From a virus, in the IMG/VR virus record IMGVR_UViG_3300008255_000063, positions 1 through 38,262 of that record: a stretch of DNA of 38,262 nt; one strand, 5' to 3'. Position 1 is the first letter of the stretch, and each line of letters starts with the position of its first letter. Below the pieces are notes generated by a model. That model worked only from the letters and a program-made list of their open reading frames with translations, was not told the origin of the DNA and searched no databases. The position numbers and the translations under genes were made by a program. Below, one piece after another: positions 16,241 through 24,549 of this stretch.

Positions 16241-18298
16241 TTACATTACGTTAGCCGTAGCAGTATTGCCGACACTAACGGCTGTACCCTCCGGATTACC
16301 AATAAAGTCCTGTGCTGTAGGAGCCGGCTTTGGTAATGCAAGCTCTGGTACAGCACCTCCTCCTGGAGTCTCTGGATTTTTAAACTGTGACATATTGCGA
16401 TTACGGATCATCTCTTGGACCGTACGCATCTCATTCTCAGCTACAATTTCCTCGTGAGCCATCGCATACTCGAGGAGTTTGTTTGCCATCTTTCTCTCCT
16501 TTTCTTTATTCGACATATTGAGATCAGTCGCTTTGTCGATAATACGTTGCATAAAGATCACGTTCGCTCCGTAGTTTAGACGTGGTGTCTTGCCTACCAG
16601 AATATCCTCGACCGCTTGCATAGCCTCAGAGATGAGCTCTCTTGATGTGTACGGTAGTGGAGTAAACGCCTCTTTGATTTCAGCATCAGTGTAGCCAGCG
16701 ATTGAGAGGAGCTCTCGATCTTTCCACTCTGGATTAACAGTTACCACTCCAGCCAATACCTCAGCCTTTCGCTTTTTCTCTACCTCCTTTCGCTGAAAGT
16801 CCTCAGATCCACCACGTACTCGCACAGATAACTGGCGATTTCTTTTCATATCAAAACGACTCAATGTGGTGTACTCAATACCCTCTGGACCCATGAGCTC
16901 AATAGCAATACCCTCGTCATCAAGGTGATGATCAAGGCCATAGATGTAGCGGATACCTAGCTGAGCCCATGCCTCAGTGTATGACTTGTTTCGAGTACCA
17001 ATAAACTCAGACACTTGATCGAGCTCACCAAAGAATACTCCTACTCGCTTGTCTTTATCTGAGGCTCCCTGTGAGCCTGGAGTAGATCCTGTCTTTTGTC
17101 CGGAGAAAGCATCAAGGAAACTAACGAGATCGATAGTACCCTCTAAGCCTCCGACTTGAAACTCGTAAAGGCCAGAGGCGATTGGACGGTTCCCACCTTG
17201 CGTATCTACAGGGATCAATCCGTCTGGTCGCCAGTCAGCCAGAGCCTCGACATCCTGGAACATCTCCGGATCGTACGCTCGCTGTCCTCGGTTTTTCTTT
17301 TCTCGGTTGTACATCACCTGGTTAAGTAGGCGGTTGATGTACTTAGCTACCGGCTTAGCATCGTCACACGGAGCTTTTGAGAGCATGTTGTATCGATCCT
17401 CGTGAGTATGCCAGACGACGTATGGATATAGATCTGTACCAAAGATCTCTTTGAGTGGCTCAATACGCAACCACATACTAGTCTTTTCATCAAAGAGGAC
17501 GTAGTATCGCTTACCTCCAAAAGTGGTGTACCACTCAATCAGCTTTTTAGTTTGCTGTCCGACGTAGTTGTGGTTAGTAGGATCTAGCATCAGAGAGCGA
17601 CGACGACTCATCTCAGCCTCTTGCTCGACAGCATTGTCTTTATATTCGCTTTCGCTTGAGCCTTGTATCAAAGCCTTGACTTGCTCCTCATCAAAATATT
17701 TTTCCTTTGCTCCAGCCTCGATCTCCTCAATCGTCATAAAGACTCCCTCCTCTCCACAAAAAAGATGATCCTCTAAGTGACCACCACCGTTAGGCTCAAA
17801 GTGCCACTCATAAATATCCTTAGTATCAAAGTGTGCCTGGTATCGAGCCTCCTTTGTATCCGGATCCATTGGTGAGTCAGCCCATTGTTTGTAGATACCA
17901 AGTCCAGAGAACACAGCTAAACGCTTACACTCACGATCGATGCGAGCCCATTGTTTAATCGGATCAGCACTCTCAATCTCAAAAGCTGAGGTGATCATCT
18001 CCGCTATCTTAAAGTCAGCCTCGTGATTGCCACCAAAGTCTAGTGTCGGAGGGTTATCGATCTTGGATACATAGTGCTCCACAAAGCCGGACATAAAAGG
18101 AAAACACTCGTTAAATGGACTAGCGAGTGAGGCTTTTACTTTACCGAGATAGAGATCTTCTGACTCCTGGATCTCAGCCAGTCGACCACGTTTATAGTCT
18201 CGACTTGTTTGGAGTTGCTTTATACATTGATGGACAATACGCTCATTAAGAGTTTTCTCTTTTTCTCCAGCGAGCATTTGTGTATTTTGATCGGCCAT
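16241..18298 (-). CDS. Portal protein (putative).
   Basis: 685-aa ORF immediately downstream of TerL. Its size and position are typical of portals, but I did not recognise a diagnostic motif. Confidence 0.7.
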   Translation of the reverse strand: MADQNTQMLAGEKEKTLNERIVHQCIKQLQTSRDYKRGRLAEIQESEDLYLGKVKASLASPFNECFPFMSGFVEHYVSKIDNPPTLDFGGNHEADFKIAEMITSAFEIESADPIKQWARIDRECKRLAVFSGLGIYKQWADSPMDPDTKEARYQAHFDTKDIYEWHFEPNGGGHLEDHLFCGEEGVFMTIEEIEAGAKEKYFDEEQVKALIQGSSESEYKDNAVEQEAEMSRRRSLMLDPTNHNYVGQQTKKLIEWYTTFGGKRYYVLFDEKTSMWLRIEPLKEIFGTDLYPYVVWHTHEDRYNMLSKAPCDDAKPVAKYINRLLNQVMYNREKKNRGQRAYDPEMFQDVEALADWRPDGLIPVDTQGGNRPIASGLYEFQVGGLEGTIDLVSFLDAFSGQKTGSTPGSQGASDKDKRVGVFFGELDQVSEFIGTRNKSYTEAWAQLGIRYIYGLDHHLDDEGIAIELMGPEGIEYTTLSRFDMKRNRQLSVRVRGGSEDFQRKEVEKKRKAEVLAGVVTVNPEWKDRELLSIAGYTDAEIKEAFTPLPYTSRELISEAMQAVEDILVGKTPRLNYGANVIFMQRIIDKATDLNMSNKEKERKMANKLLEYAMAHEEIVAENEMRTVQEMIRNRNMSQFKNPETPGGGAVPELALPKPAPTAQDFIGNPEGTAVSVGNTATANVM

Positions 18299-18343
18299 AT
18301 ATAAATTGACGAGTTATTAAAAGTATAGCATACGCTAAATCCA

Positions 18344-20014
18344 TCAAGCCATATTGTACTCACCCGCTTTCAGTGGAGATTTGTACTTTGTCTTATCTTT
18401 CTCTTTCATTACACGAGCGTATTTGCGTCCCTCCCATGCGAGCATAGCAGACATAAGCAAGTCAAAGTGCTTAGTCATCCCCTCCTGTTTATGTATTATA
18501 TGCACATCCTTGTTTTTAAAGTTGTACATTTCCTTGAGGATGTTGATATCTAGGATCTCCAGCTCTCCGGACTCTACCGCCTCAAAGAAGTTAGAGACGA
18601 TATCCGGCTTAGATCCAGTGGTAGTTTTAAAGCCATACTCCTCAGTCTTTCGCTTAGAGGTTTTGTTTTTAACCTGGCGAGTGTACATATTGAAATACTC
18701 CAGATCTACCAGCTTAGCTACAGTAGCGTATCCGGTAAGGTTGATTTCCGGTACTCCAAAAGCCTCACCATACTCCAGACCCCACTTAGCACAGACATGG
18801 CCGTGATCAGATGGCTTGGTTTCGTTATTGTCGTAGGTAAGGACCGTACGTGCTGGACGTGTAGAAAAGTCGATAGTTGTGAGAGTGTTGGAGTCGCCAC
18901 CAATACCCTCGGCCGTGTCAGCTCCCCAGGCGTAGCGATGGGATGGCTTATACTCTCGCCAGATGCGAGCACCACCCACAACCTTTTTAGGCACGATGTT
19001 TTTAGCCTCGAGCTCCTCAATGAGTCCCTTGATGATCTCACGATCTCCGTAGTAGTCTCCGGATGCTCCAGGGTTATTAAGCATCTCAGTCTCAAAGACA
19101 GAGTTACCAAGCTCCTCACGCTTAGCCTCGAGACTTACTTTTGATTTAGAGATAGGCACATTTGCATTATACGCTATGGCCTCAGCGTTTGTCTTGGTGT
19201 ATTTACCTGGCCAAGTGAGTGATCCTCCCTTAGTCATTACAGGGATAAATCGTACTCGAGCGTTTGAGAGAGCATAGAGTCCCTTAGATCCGGTTGCTGA
19301 GTCTCCGTTAATGATGTATTCGATCACTCCGTCGTCTGTAATGTAGTTACCGAGGTAGAGGATAGATCCGTTTGGACCAAGTCCAGAGCGTACCTCGTCA
19401 ACGTGAGAGCGGATCTTGTAGGTAAAAGCGTAAGAGTCTTTTGTTTTATTGGTTTCGATGTCGTCGAAAATGAAAAAGTCCGGACGATCTGATCCGTGTA
19501 CTCGTCCTCTAGCTGACTCCTGTGTAGAGTAAGCCTCAACTCGGATACCATTCTCAGTCACAAAGCGTCCGATCTTTTTAGGTTTTTTACCAGCCAGCTC
19601 GCTGTCTCCTTTCTCCTGGTAAAACAAGTGGCCATAGTCGGCGATCAATCTCTGGTTAGTCTGGAGCTCAGTCACCACGTCATAAAGAGCTGACTCCGAG
19701 TTGTCGCCATCAAATGAGTCCCAGTTTATAAACTTCTTTTTCTCGTGACAGATGTACCAGAGTACCAGCATCTTAGCGTATGAGGTTTTGGCTGACTCTC
19801 GAAACGTGATCCAGGCTGATTGCTTAATGGTGAGATCAGCTAGATCTTGAGCGTCCTGTACAAAGTCCCAGTGAAAAGGAGCAAGTGGATATTTAAAATA
19901 GTGTGGAAAATAGTAGAGGCAAAAGTAGATAAACTTTCTATCAAAAATATAGTGACGCTGAGCAAGCGTACCTCTAAAGAGTAGCTCCTTAATGGCTGGA
20001 TTAAGTTTTTTCAT
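18344..20014 (-). CDS. terL: Terminase large subunit.
   Basis: 556-aa ORF. It has a Walker A-like FRESAKTS, a Walker B-like PDFFIFDDIE, and a C-terminal nuclease-sized domain. An HNH gene lies just upstream and the portal just downstream. Confidence 0.85.
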   Translation of the reverse strand: MKKLNPAIKELLFRGTLAQRHYIFDRKFIYFCLYYFPHYFKYPLAPFHWDFVQDAQDLADLTIKQSAWITFRESAKTSYAKMLVLWYICHEKKKFINWDSFDGDNSESALYDVVTELQTNQRLIADYGHLFYQEKGDSELAGKKPKKIGRFVTENGIRVEAYSTQESARGRVHGSDRPDFFIFDDIETNKTKDSYAFTYKIRSHVDEVRSGLGPNGSILYLGNYITDDGVIEYIINGDSATGSKGLYALSNARVRFIPVMTKGGSLTWPGKYTKTNAEAIAYNANVPISKSKVSLEAKREELGNSVFETEMLNNPGASGDYYGDREIIKGLIEELEAKNIVPKKVVGGARIWREYKPSHRYAWGADTAEGIGGDSNTLTTIDFSTRPARTVLTYDNNETKPSDHGHVCAKWGLEYGEAFGVPEINLTGYATVAKLVDLEYFNMYTRQVKNKTSKRKTEEYGFKTTTGSKPDIVSNFFEAVESGELEILDINILKEMYNFKNKDVHIIHKQEGMTKHFDLLMSAMLAWEGRKYARVMKEKDKTKYKSPLKAGEYNMA

Positions 20015-20037
20015 AGTATCCCAAAGACCGGCTGATC

Positions 20038-20166
20038 CTATCCTTCACAGCTTACACAAGTGCTGTCATCCGGACCTTTGTGTATACGTGGCTTTGGCTT
20101 AGGCCCTGGTAGTGGCTCTGGTAAATCAAAAGCATCGACCGCTTTCTCATCTGTTTGTTTTTCCAT
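20038..20166 (-). CDS. Small hypothetical protein (42 aa), below the ORF-track cutoff.
   Basis: My translation from ATG 20166 to TAG 20038..20040 reads MEKQTDEKAVDAFDLPEPLPGPKPKPRIHKGPDDSTCVSCEG. It fills the otherwise empty 182-nt gap between HNH and terL. Confidence 0.4.
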   Translation of the reverse strand: MEKQTDEKAVDAFDLPEPLPGPKPKPRIHKGPDDSTCVSCEG

Positions 20167-20196
20167 AAAACACATAAAACAATTATAGCAAAGTAT

Positions 20197-20598
20197 TTAC
20201 TTATTTTTCTTTAACTCTCGCCAGCCTTTGAGATTACATCTATCAGAACAATATTTTTTCTTTGGTAAAGATATTTTTTTGAAGCATACTTGGCAAACTA
20301 AACCCTCTACTTGCTGGAGTTTTGCATCTGCATCTCTATGATGTTTGGAGCATAGCCATATAACTTGCAACGGTTTTGTATAATCTTCGTGATGAGCCTC
20401 TATACGCCCTTTACAATCTTCATTATTTAAATTGCAAGGTTGTTTTAACAGTAGTCCAGATTTAAGTGCCAAAGTTACCTTATTTCTAGCATCCAATTTA
20501 ATCTTACTCCTCACTCTATTTTTATAGACTCTAAAATATTCCCTACGTTTTAAAGATCTTTTTCTAGCTTTTTCTCCCCACGTTTCTTTATAAGGCAT
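20197..20598 (-). CDS. HNH endonuclease.
   Basis: The motif CKGRIEAHHEDYTKPLQVIWLCSKHHRDADAKL is typical of the phage HNH (C...HH...C..H) fold. Start taken at ATG 20598 (MPYKETW...), because the track start at 20646 would read through the terminator hairpin at 20614..20640. Confidence 0.8.
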   Translation of the reverse strand: MPYKETWGEKARKRSLKRREYFRVYKNRVRSKIKLDARNKVTLALKSGLLLKQPCNLNNEDCKGRIEAHHEDYTKPLQVIWLCSKHHRDADAKLQQVEGLVCQVCFKKISLPKKKYCSDRCNLKGWRELKKNK

Positions 20599-20610
20599 AG
20601 TCAGAATAAT

Positions 20611-20643
20611 AAAGGGAGGTGGAGTATTTGTCCACCTCCCTTT
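20611..20643 (-). terminator. Rho-independent (bidirectional-looking) terminator.
   Basis: aaaGGGAGGTGGAgtatttgTCCACCTCCCttt. A perfect 10-bp stem (20614..20623 with 20631..20640) is flanked by A and T runs. It lies just after the stop of ORF 20650..20844. Confidence 0.8.
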
Positions 20644-20649
20644 CATCCC

Positions 20650-20844
20650 TCAGCGTGGATTGCACTTCGGACAGTAGCAGTAGCCAAGTCTGTTGCAAGG
20701 CTTTATGTAGTCCGTCGGCTCCGGCTGTGGTTGTATCGGTAGCGAGAGATCGAACGAGTATTGCTCATTCTCACGCACCAGTTGATCCAGTGGTTTCGGT
20801 TGCGGAACATTGTCCATCATCTCCTCCTGTGTTGGCTGATCCAT
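20650..20844 (-). CDS. Hypothetical protein with a Cys-rich C-terminus.
   Basis: Start taken at ATG 20844 (MDQPTQEEMMDNV...), which is preceded by AAGGAG 10 nt upstream. The product is 64 aa and ends in CNRLGYCYCPKCNPR. The track start at 20874 is a GTG. Confidence 0.5.
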   Translation of the reverse strand: MDQPTQEEMMDNVPQPKPLDQLVRENEQYSFDLSLPIQPQPEPTDYIKPCNRLGYCYCPKCNPR

Positions 20845-20986
20845 AATCAGTGTACTCCTTACAGACTGTGACACTGTGGATATCCATGTGCATAACTTTA
20901 AATCGCCTAGAGAGTAAGTGGTTTACAAAGTCCGGTACTTTCTTAGGATCCTCCGGTAGGTTAAACTCCAGGCAATATTTAGTCAT
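20771..20986 (-). CDS. Hypothetical protein; its 3' end overlaps the next ORF.
   Basis: 71-aa ORF starting 1 nt after the methyltransferase stop. The first ~45 aa look protein-like. The C-terminal tail (GSANTGGDDGQCSATETTGSTGA) overlaps ORF 20650..20844 in another frame. Confidence 0.4.
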   Translation of the reverse strand: MTKYCLEFNLPEDPKKVPDFVNHLLSRRFKVMHMDIHSVTVCKEYTDYGSANTGGDDGQCSATETTGSTGA

Positions 20987-20987
20987 G

Positions 20988-21695
20988 TTATTTAACTAGA
21001 TCTAGGATAGCACCTATACGATTATAAAAGTGCAAGGACCACTGATCAGCCATCGCCTCAGCAATACCGCTATATGTTTTACTCCTCAGTAAAGCTCGAT
21101 CTTTTGAGGGACCTAGTTTATTTTGACCACTTGCTGTTTGATTTTTCCAGAGTGGTATCATCGGCCGGATCTCACCACAACATCCATACTTACCATGATC
21201 CTCCGGTACTAACTCACCACAGATACATCGATATTCTTTAAATTGAGCGATCTCTACCCAGTGGATGAGCGGTAAGTTTTTTAACCAAAGACACGTCGCT
21301 TTACTTTCCGGATGGCCAAACATATAAGGCTGGAGGATCTGATCTGGTTTACTTATCCTGGATGATATACAGCTCACTGGATTTTCTATAGCGATCATCT
21401 CAATAGGAGCATCCATCAAAGTTTGCACAAACTCTAAAGCCTCCTCAGTTTTCTGAGCTCTCCCAGGCACTCGATTGTTCCAGTGAAGCCCACTCACTGA
21501 TAGATATGTGCAAGGAGGATGAGCGATCATAAGATCCCAATTATTGGAAAGAAACTTAGTAACATCACCCTGGATATGCCACTCCGGATGTCCTCCACTA
21601 CAAGGGAGCAGATCGCAAGAATAAGCCTCGTGGCCAAGAGCTCTAAATGCTTTGCATATTGTCTGTGACTCCTCACATGCTACTAAAACTTTCAT
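20988..21695 (-). CDS. DNA (cytosine-5) methyltransferase-like protein.
   Basis: Start taken at ATG 21695 (MKVLVACEESQ...), giving 235 aa. It has MIAHPPCTYLSVSG (a PC motif IV-like catalytic Cys) and IAIENPV (an ENV motif VI-like). A canonical FxGxG AdoMet motif is not evident. Confidence 0.55.
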   Translation of the reverse strand: MKVLVACEESQTICKAFRALGHEAYSCDLLPCSGGHPEWHIQGDVTKFLSNNWDLMIAHPPCTYLSVSGLHWNNRVPGRAQKTEEALEFVQTLMDAPIEMIAIENPVSCISSRISKPDQILQPYMFGHPESKATCLWLKNLPLIHWVEIAQFKEYRCICGELVPEDHGKYGCCGEIRPMIPLWKNQTASGQNKLGPSKDRALLRSKTYSGIAEAMADQWSLHFYNRIGAILDLVK

Positions 21696-21696
21696 A

Positions 21697-21813
21697 TCAA
21701 ATATGCTTAACGTGATCACCACTACAGGCCTGGCGATGTCTCATAATACCAAGCGAGTGATAGTATTTTTTATCTCTGGTACACCACCAGGAGTAGGATC
21801 CTTTTCTAGCCAT
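21697..21813 (-). CDS. Small Cys/His-containing protein (38 aa), below the ORF-track cutoff.
   Basis: My translation reads MARKGSYSWWCTRDKKYYHSLGIMRHRQACSGDHVKHI. Its stop TGA lies 1 nt before the MTase ATG (tgatATG), so it packs tightly. Confidence 0.4.
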   Translation of the reverse strand: MARKGSYSWWCTRDKKYYHSLGIMRHRQACSGDHVKHI

Positions 21814-21817
21814 TTTT

Positions 21818-21997
21818 TTATTTTTTCTCATAGCAGTATGTTACCCCACAACTACACAACAAACACATCTCATTTTTTGCATCCGTCGTCACCTCTGTTG
21901 ATTGAATAGGACAGCCAATACACCAATGCCAGATCTTTTTAAGCCGGCTATATGGATGAGGATCGTATTCTTTCCCTTTAAAAAACCAATATGCCAT
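21818..21997 (-). CDS. Small Cys-rich (zinc-ribbon-like) protein (59 aa), below the ORF-track cutoff.
   Basis: My translation reads MAYWFFKGKEYDPHPYSRLKKIWHWCIGCPIQSTEVTTDAKNEMCLLCSCGVTYCYEKK. The ATG at 21997 lies 2 nt after the stop of ORF 22000..22653. It contains CxxC plus CxxCxC motifs. Confidence 0.45.
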   Translation of the reverse strand: MAYWFFKGKEYDPHPYSRLKKIWHWCIGCPIQSTEVTTDAKNEMCLLCSCGVTYCYEKK

Positions 21998-21999
21998 AG

Positions 22000-22653
22000 C
22001 TAAATAAGGTTAGGAGTGGCAAAGTCATTACTAAACTGAGCCCACTCGATCTTGTTATAATCCCTCACATCAGCTCTATAGTCCTCCTGGACCGCATCAC
22101 GACGTTCTAGAGCGGTTGCCATACGTTCATTGTATCCGGAGAATAAATCGCCTAGAGTGGTCGTTTTACGCTTACCATTGTCATCCTCACGAGAGACTAG
22201 CTCGCCTCTGAATACTTTTACCTCACAAGGTACGGCCTCACCTCTTAGAGCTTTCCATCCCCAGTTAGTGACGAGCCAATAGCCAGAGTTCTTTTTGCTC
22301 GGAGGTTGCTGGAGATAGTTGAGGTACTTACAAATTGTCGTACGATGCCGGATAGCGTCTGTAGTAGCAAGGGTAGGGACGTGGATCATGTTGGCCTCGG
22401 TAAACGGTACACCCTTGCGGATATTCTCACGGACAGCCTCAGCTACTTTCTTGAGGAGGATGGCACTAAATACATCAGCGTTGTATACAGTCATCTCCAT
22501 AGAGGCCCCACAGTTAGCACAGCACTCTTTTTTAAAGAGCTCTGGATGATTGACTGTTAGTGTCGCTTTAACGTGACCATAGTCCAAGCCATAGGCATTA
22601 ACGATAGTCTGGATAAAAGCGGAGATCTGTGGTTTTTTATATTCTGTTTTCAT
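22000..22653 (-). CDS. Hypothetical protein.
   Basis: 217-aa ORF. Its ATG is preceded by the conserved AAGTAATTGGGATACA motif. It contains CCANCG. Confidence 0.65.
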   Translation of the reverse strand: MKTEYKKPQISAFIQTIVNAYGLDYGHVKATLTVNHPELFKKECCANCGASMEMTVYNADVFSAILLKKVAEAVRENIRKGVPFTEANMIHVPTLATTDAIRHRTTICKYLNYLQQPPSKKNSGYWLVTNWGWKALRGEAVPCEVKVFRGELVSREDDNGKRKTTTLGDLFSGYNERMATALERRDAVQEDYRADVRDYNKIEWAQFSNDFATPNLI

Positions 22654-22670
22654 AGATGTATCCCAATTAC

Positions 22671-22883
22671 TTAATAAACTGTTGACTCGTCGTCCTCCTC
22701 CTCGATCTCAGTTACTACTCCAAACTCCTCGTGTGCTTGGTTGATCTCGTGGAGTCGGTATACCTTTTCCTCTCCGATAAAGCGTATACCCAAAAGGCTG
22801 GCTCCAAAGTAGTCAGCCATCCAGAGAGCGTTACGCATCTTGTGCTTTAGAGGATGAAAGGTTAGTTTTTGAAAGTCTGTCAT
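22671..22883 (-). CDS. Hypothetical protein.
   Basis: 70-aa ORF with a 4-nt overlap with the upstream ORF and an acidic C-terminus. Confidence 0.55.
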   Translation of the reverse strand: MTDFQKLTFHPLKHKMRNALWMADYFGASLLGIRFIGEEKVYRLHEINQAHEEFGVVTEIEEEDDESTVY

Positions 22884-23134
22884 AGGCCTAGTTCTTTTTT
22901 AATATGCTCCATCGCTTTTATCCATCCCTCCTCGTACCCATCACAATGAGAGTTATGTAACCGGAGAGAGTCCATTGTGATACCTGGCTGAGTCTTTCTC
23001 AATGACTTGAGAGCGTATTCTGTCTCTGCAATTCTCATCTTGTGTCCGGTTACTGCAACAGCTTTAATGAGTCTAGCGATAGTGACTGTTGTAGGTTTCT
23101 TTTTGACTACCTTTAAATCGTTTAGCTTGCTCAT
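22880..23134 (-). CDS. Hypothetical protein.
   Basis: 84-aa ORF with 4-nt start/stop overlaps on both sides. Confidence 0.55.
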   Translation of the reverse strand: MSKLNDLKVVKKKPTTVTIARLIKAVAVTGHKMRIAETEYALKSLRKTQPGITMDSLRLHNSHCDGYEEGWIKAMEHIKKELGL

Positions 23135-23349
23135 TTTGTACGTGAAAGATTAGCTTTGATAATAACGTCCAAGTGGTACATCTTGGCTGGACCATGAGGA
23201 GTATCGACCGTCTCAAAATCAAAGCCCTTGAGCATACGAGAGACAGATCCCTTATTGGTTACAGCTATACCATCACGAGTCTTTAAGAGGCCACGTCTGG
23301 CGATCTCTCCGAGGCTGAGTTGTCGTCTTTTTTTAATAGGAGTTTTCAT
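23131..23349 (-). CDS. Hypothetical small basic protein, possibly DNA-binding.
   Basis: 72-aa ORF. The segment LSLGEIARRGLL is HTH-like, and the ORF packs tightly. The function is a guess. Confidence 0.5.
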   Translation of the reverse strand: MKTPIKKRRQLSLGEIARRGLLKTRDGIAVTNKGSVSRMLKGFDFETVDTPHGPAKMYHLDVIIKANLSRTK

Positions 23350-23351
23350 AT

Positions 23352-23765
23352 TTATAAAGTCATTAAACGATTAAGTACATCCTCTGGCGTGTGGCCGTCC
23401 CACTCCGGAGCCGTCTCATAGTTCTTAGCAAAGCTCGTCTGATCCCACAGTGAGAGAGGTAGATGATAGGTTATCTGTTTACCAGGCTCCTCTCCGATCC
23501 CTAGAATAAACATCCCCTCAAACATCGTGCCATCGCTGTGAGACTTAGATCTCCATACAGGGATAGCACAGAGCTCGTCGTGAGTAGTCATTGTCTTGCA
23601 TAATGCAATATACAAGAGCTGTCGATGATCGTAAAGCTCGTCCATAGTGTGATATCCGTCTGACACTACCATCTCATCAAGACCCTCAGCGATTAGTATT
23701 GTATTACCACCGTTACACATCACTCCTAGCGGTTTTGATGATTGAGTTATAGTATATGTTTTCAT
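23352..23765 (-). CDS. Hypothetical protein (WDGH-type C-terminal motif).
   Basis: 137-aa ORF. The SDGYHTMDELYDHR and APEWDGHTPEDVLNRL motifs recall, from memory, a phage family annotated as 'WDGH domain' with unknown function. Confidence 0.55.
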   Translation of the reverse strand: MKTYTITQSSKPLGVMCNGGNTILIAEGLDEMVVSDGYHTMDELYDHRQLLYIALCKTMTTHDELCAIPVWRSKSHSDGTMFEGMFILGIGEEPGKQITYHLPLSLWDQTSFAKNYETAPEWDGHTPEDVLNRLMTL

Positions 23766-23767
23766 AG

Positions 23768-24379
23768 CTATTGAGTTATTTTCTTATAAAGCTCGTACGT
23801 CATCGCCACATCTCCGAGAGCACGATGGAGTGTGACAGCACTCGTATCTATCTTGTGCTCGGAGCAACTCAGACCAAGATTAAAGTGGATACCCTGGATG
23901 CGAGCACTCATCACCCTACCAGCAAAATCAAGATAGCTCTCGCCATACTTAGGGATCATCTTGAGTTTCTTAGCCTTACAATGTACAGCCGTATCGTATG
24001 CCTTAGAGCGGATGATGTCCTCAGTCATCTTTTTGATCTCGTCAGTGTGATTATAGAGATCTGTGGCATAGGCCATAAGAAAAGGGATGTCGAACTTGAG
24101 GCCGTTGTGAGTGATGTTCTTAGGAGCATTGATGAGTAGATCCATAAACTCAGAGAGACACTCAAGAGGATCTCGACCCTCCTTAGCTATGAGCTCGTTT
24201 GTGATCCCATTGATGGCTGTGATCTCCGGAGAGATCTCGACCTTGTTATCCAGTATCCAGTTGCGTTGCTCTATCTCCTCGCCACGTACTATAAAAGCTC
24301 CTATCTCTAGGATCTTAGACTGAGGAGCGACAAAGCCGTTAGCCTCCAAGTCCCAAATAATGATATCGATATTGCTCAT
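23768..24379 (-). CDS. DnaQ-like (DEDDh) 3'-5' exonuclease.
   Basis: 203-aa ORF with Exo I IIIWDLEANGF, Exo II ITHNGLKFDIPFL and Exo III HRALGDVAMTYELY. Confidence 0.85.
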   Translation of the reverse strand: MSNIDIIIWDLEANGFVAPQSKILEIGAFIVRGEEIEQRNWILDNKVEISPEITAINGITNELIAKEGRDPLECLSEFMDLLINAPKNITHNGLKFDIPFLMAYATDLYNHTDEIKKMTEDIIRSKAYDTAVHCKAKKLKMIPKYGESYLDFAGRVMSARIQGIHFNLGLSCSEHKIDTSAVTLHRALGDVAMTYELYKKITQ

Positions 24380-24381
24380 GC

Positions 24382-24549
24382 TTAATAGTTTAAATGTGGT
24401 GAGTTTGAATAATCCTCCGGCTCTACTTCGTGATCTAGGTTGTTGAGCTCTCTGAGCCTCTCCTCCTCACTTAATCGATCGTGTGGTGATTGGTAGCCCT
24501 TTGGCTTTGGTGTAAAGCGAGGTACTGGATCATTATCAAACAGTCCCAT
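24382..24549 (-). CDS. Small hypothetical protein (55 aa), below the ORF-track cutoff.
   Basis: My translation reads MGLFDNDPVPRFTPKPKGYQSPHDRLSEEERLRELNNLDHEVEPEDYSNSPHLNY. The ATG at 24549 overlaps the upstream ORF end by 14 nt. The stop at 24382 lies 2 nt before the exonuclease ATG (24379). It fills a 156-nt gap. Confidence 0.5.
   Translation of the reverse strand: MGLFDNDPVPRFTPKPKGYQSPHDRLSEEERLRELNNLDHEVEPEDYSNSPHLNY

Noticed and set aside
856-19144. Numerous plus-strand ORFs in the track lying inside long minus-strand genes. Examples: 893..1171, 3329..3640, 7328..7651, 8549..8995, 9596..9868, 11134..11421, 11818..12108, 15163..15699, 18354..18806, 18797..19144.
   Set aside because: They are shadow ORFs antisense to much longer, tightly packed genes. 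Their compositions are odd (Pro/Ser/Val-rich, or mirror images of Gly or acidic tracts). None has its own start context or an intergenic flank.
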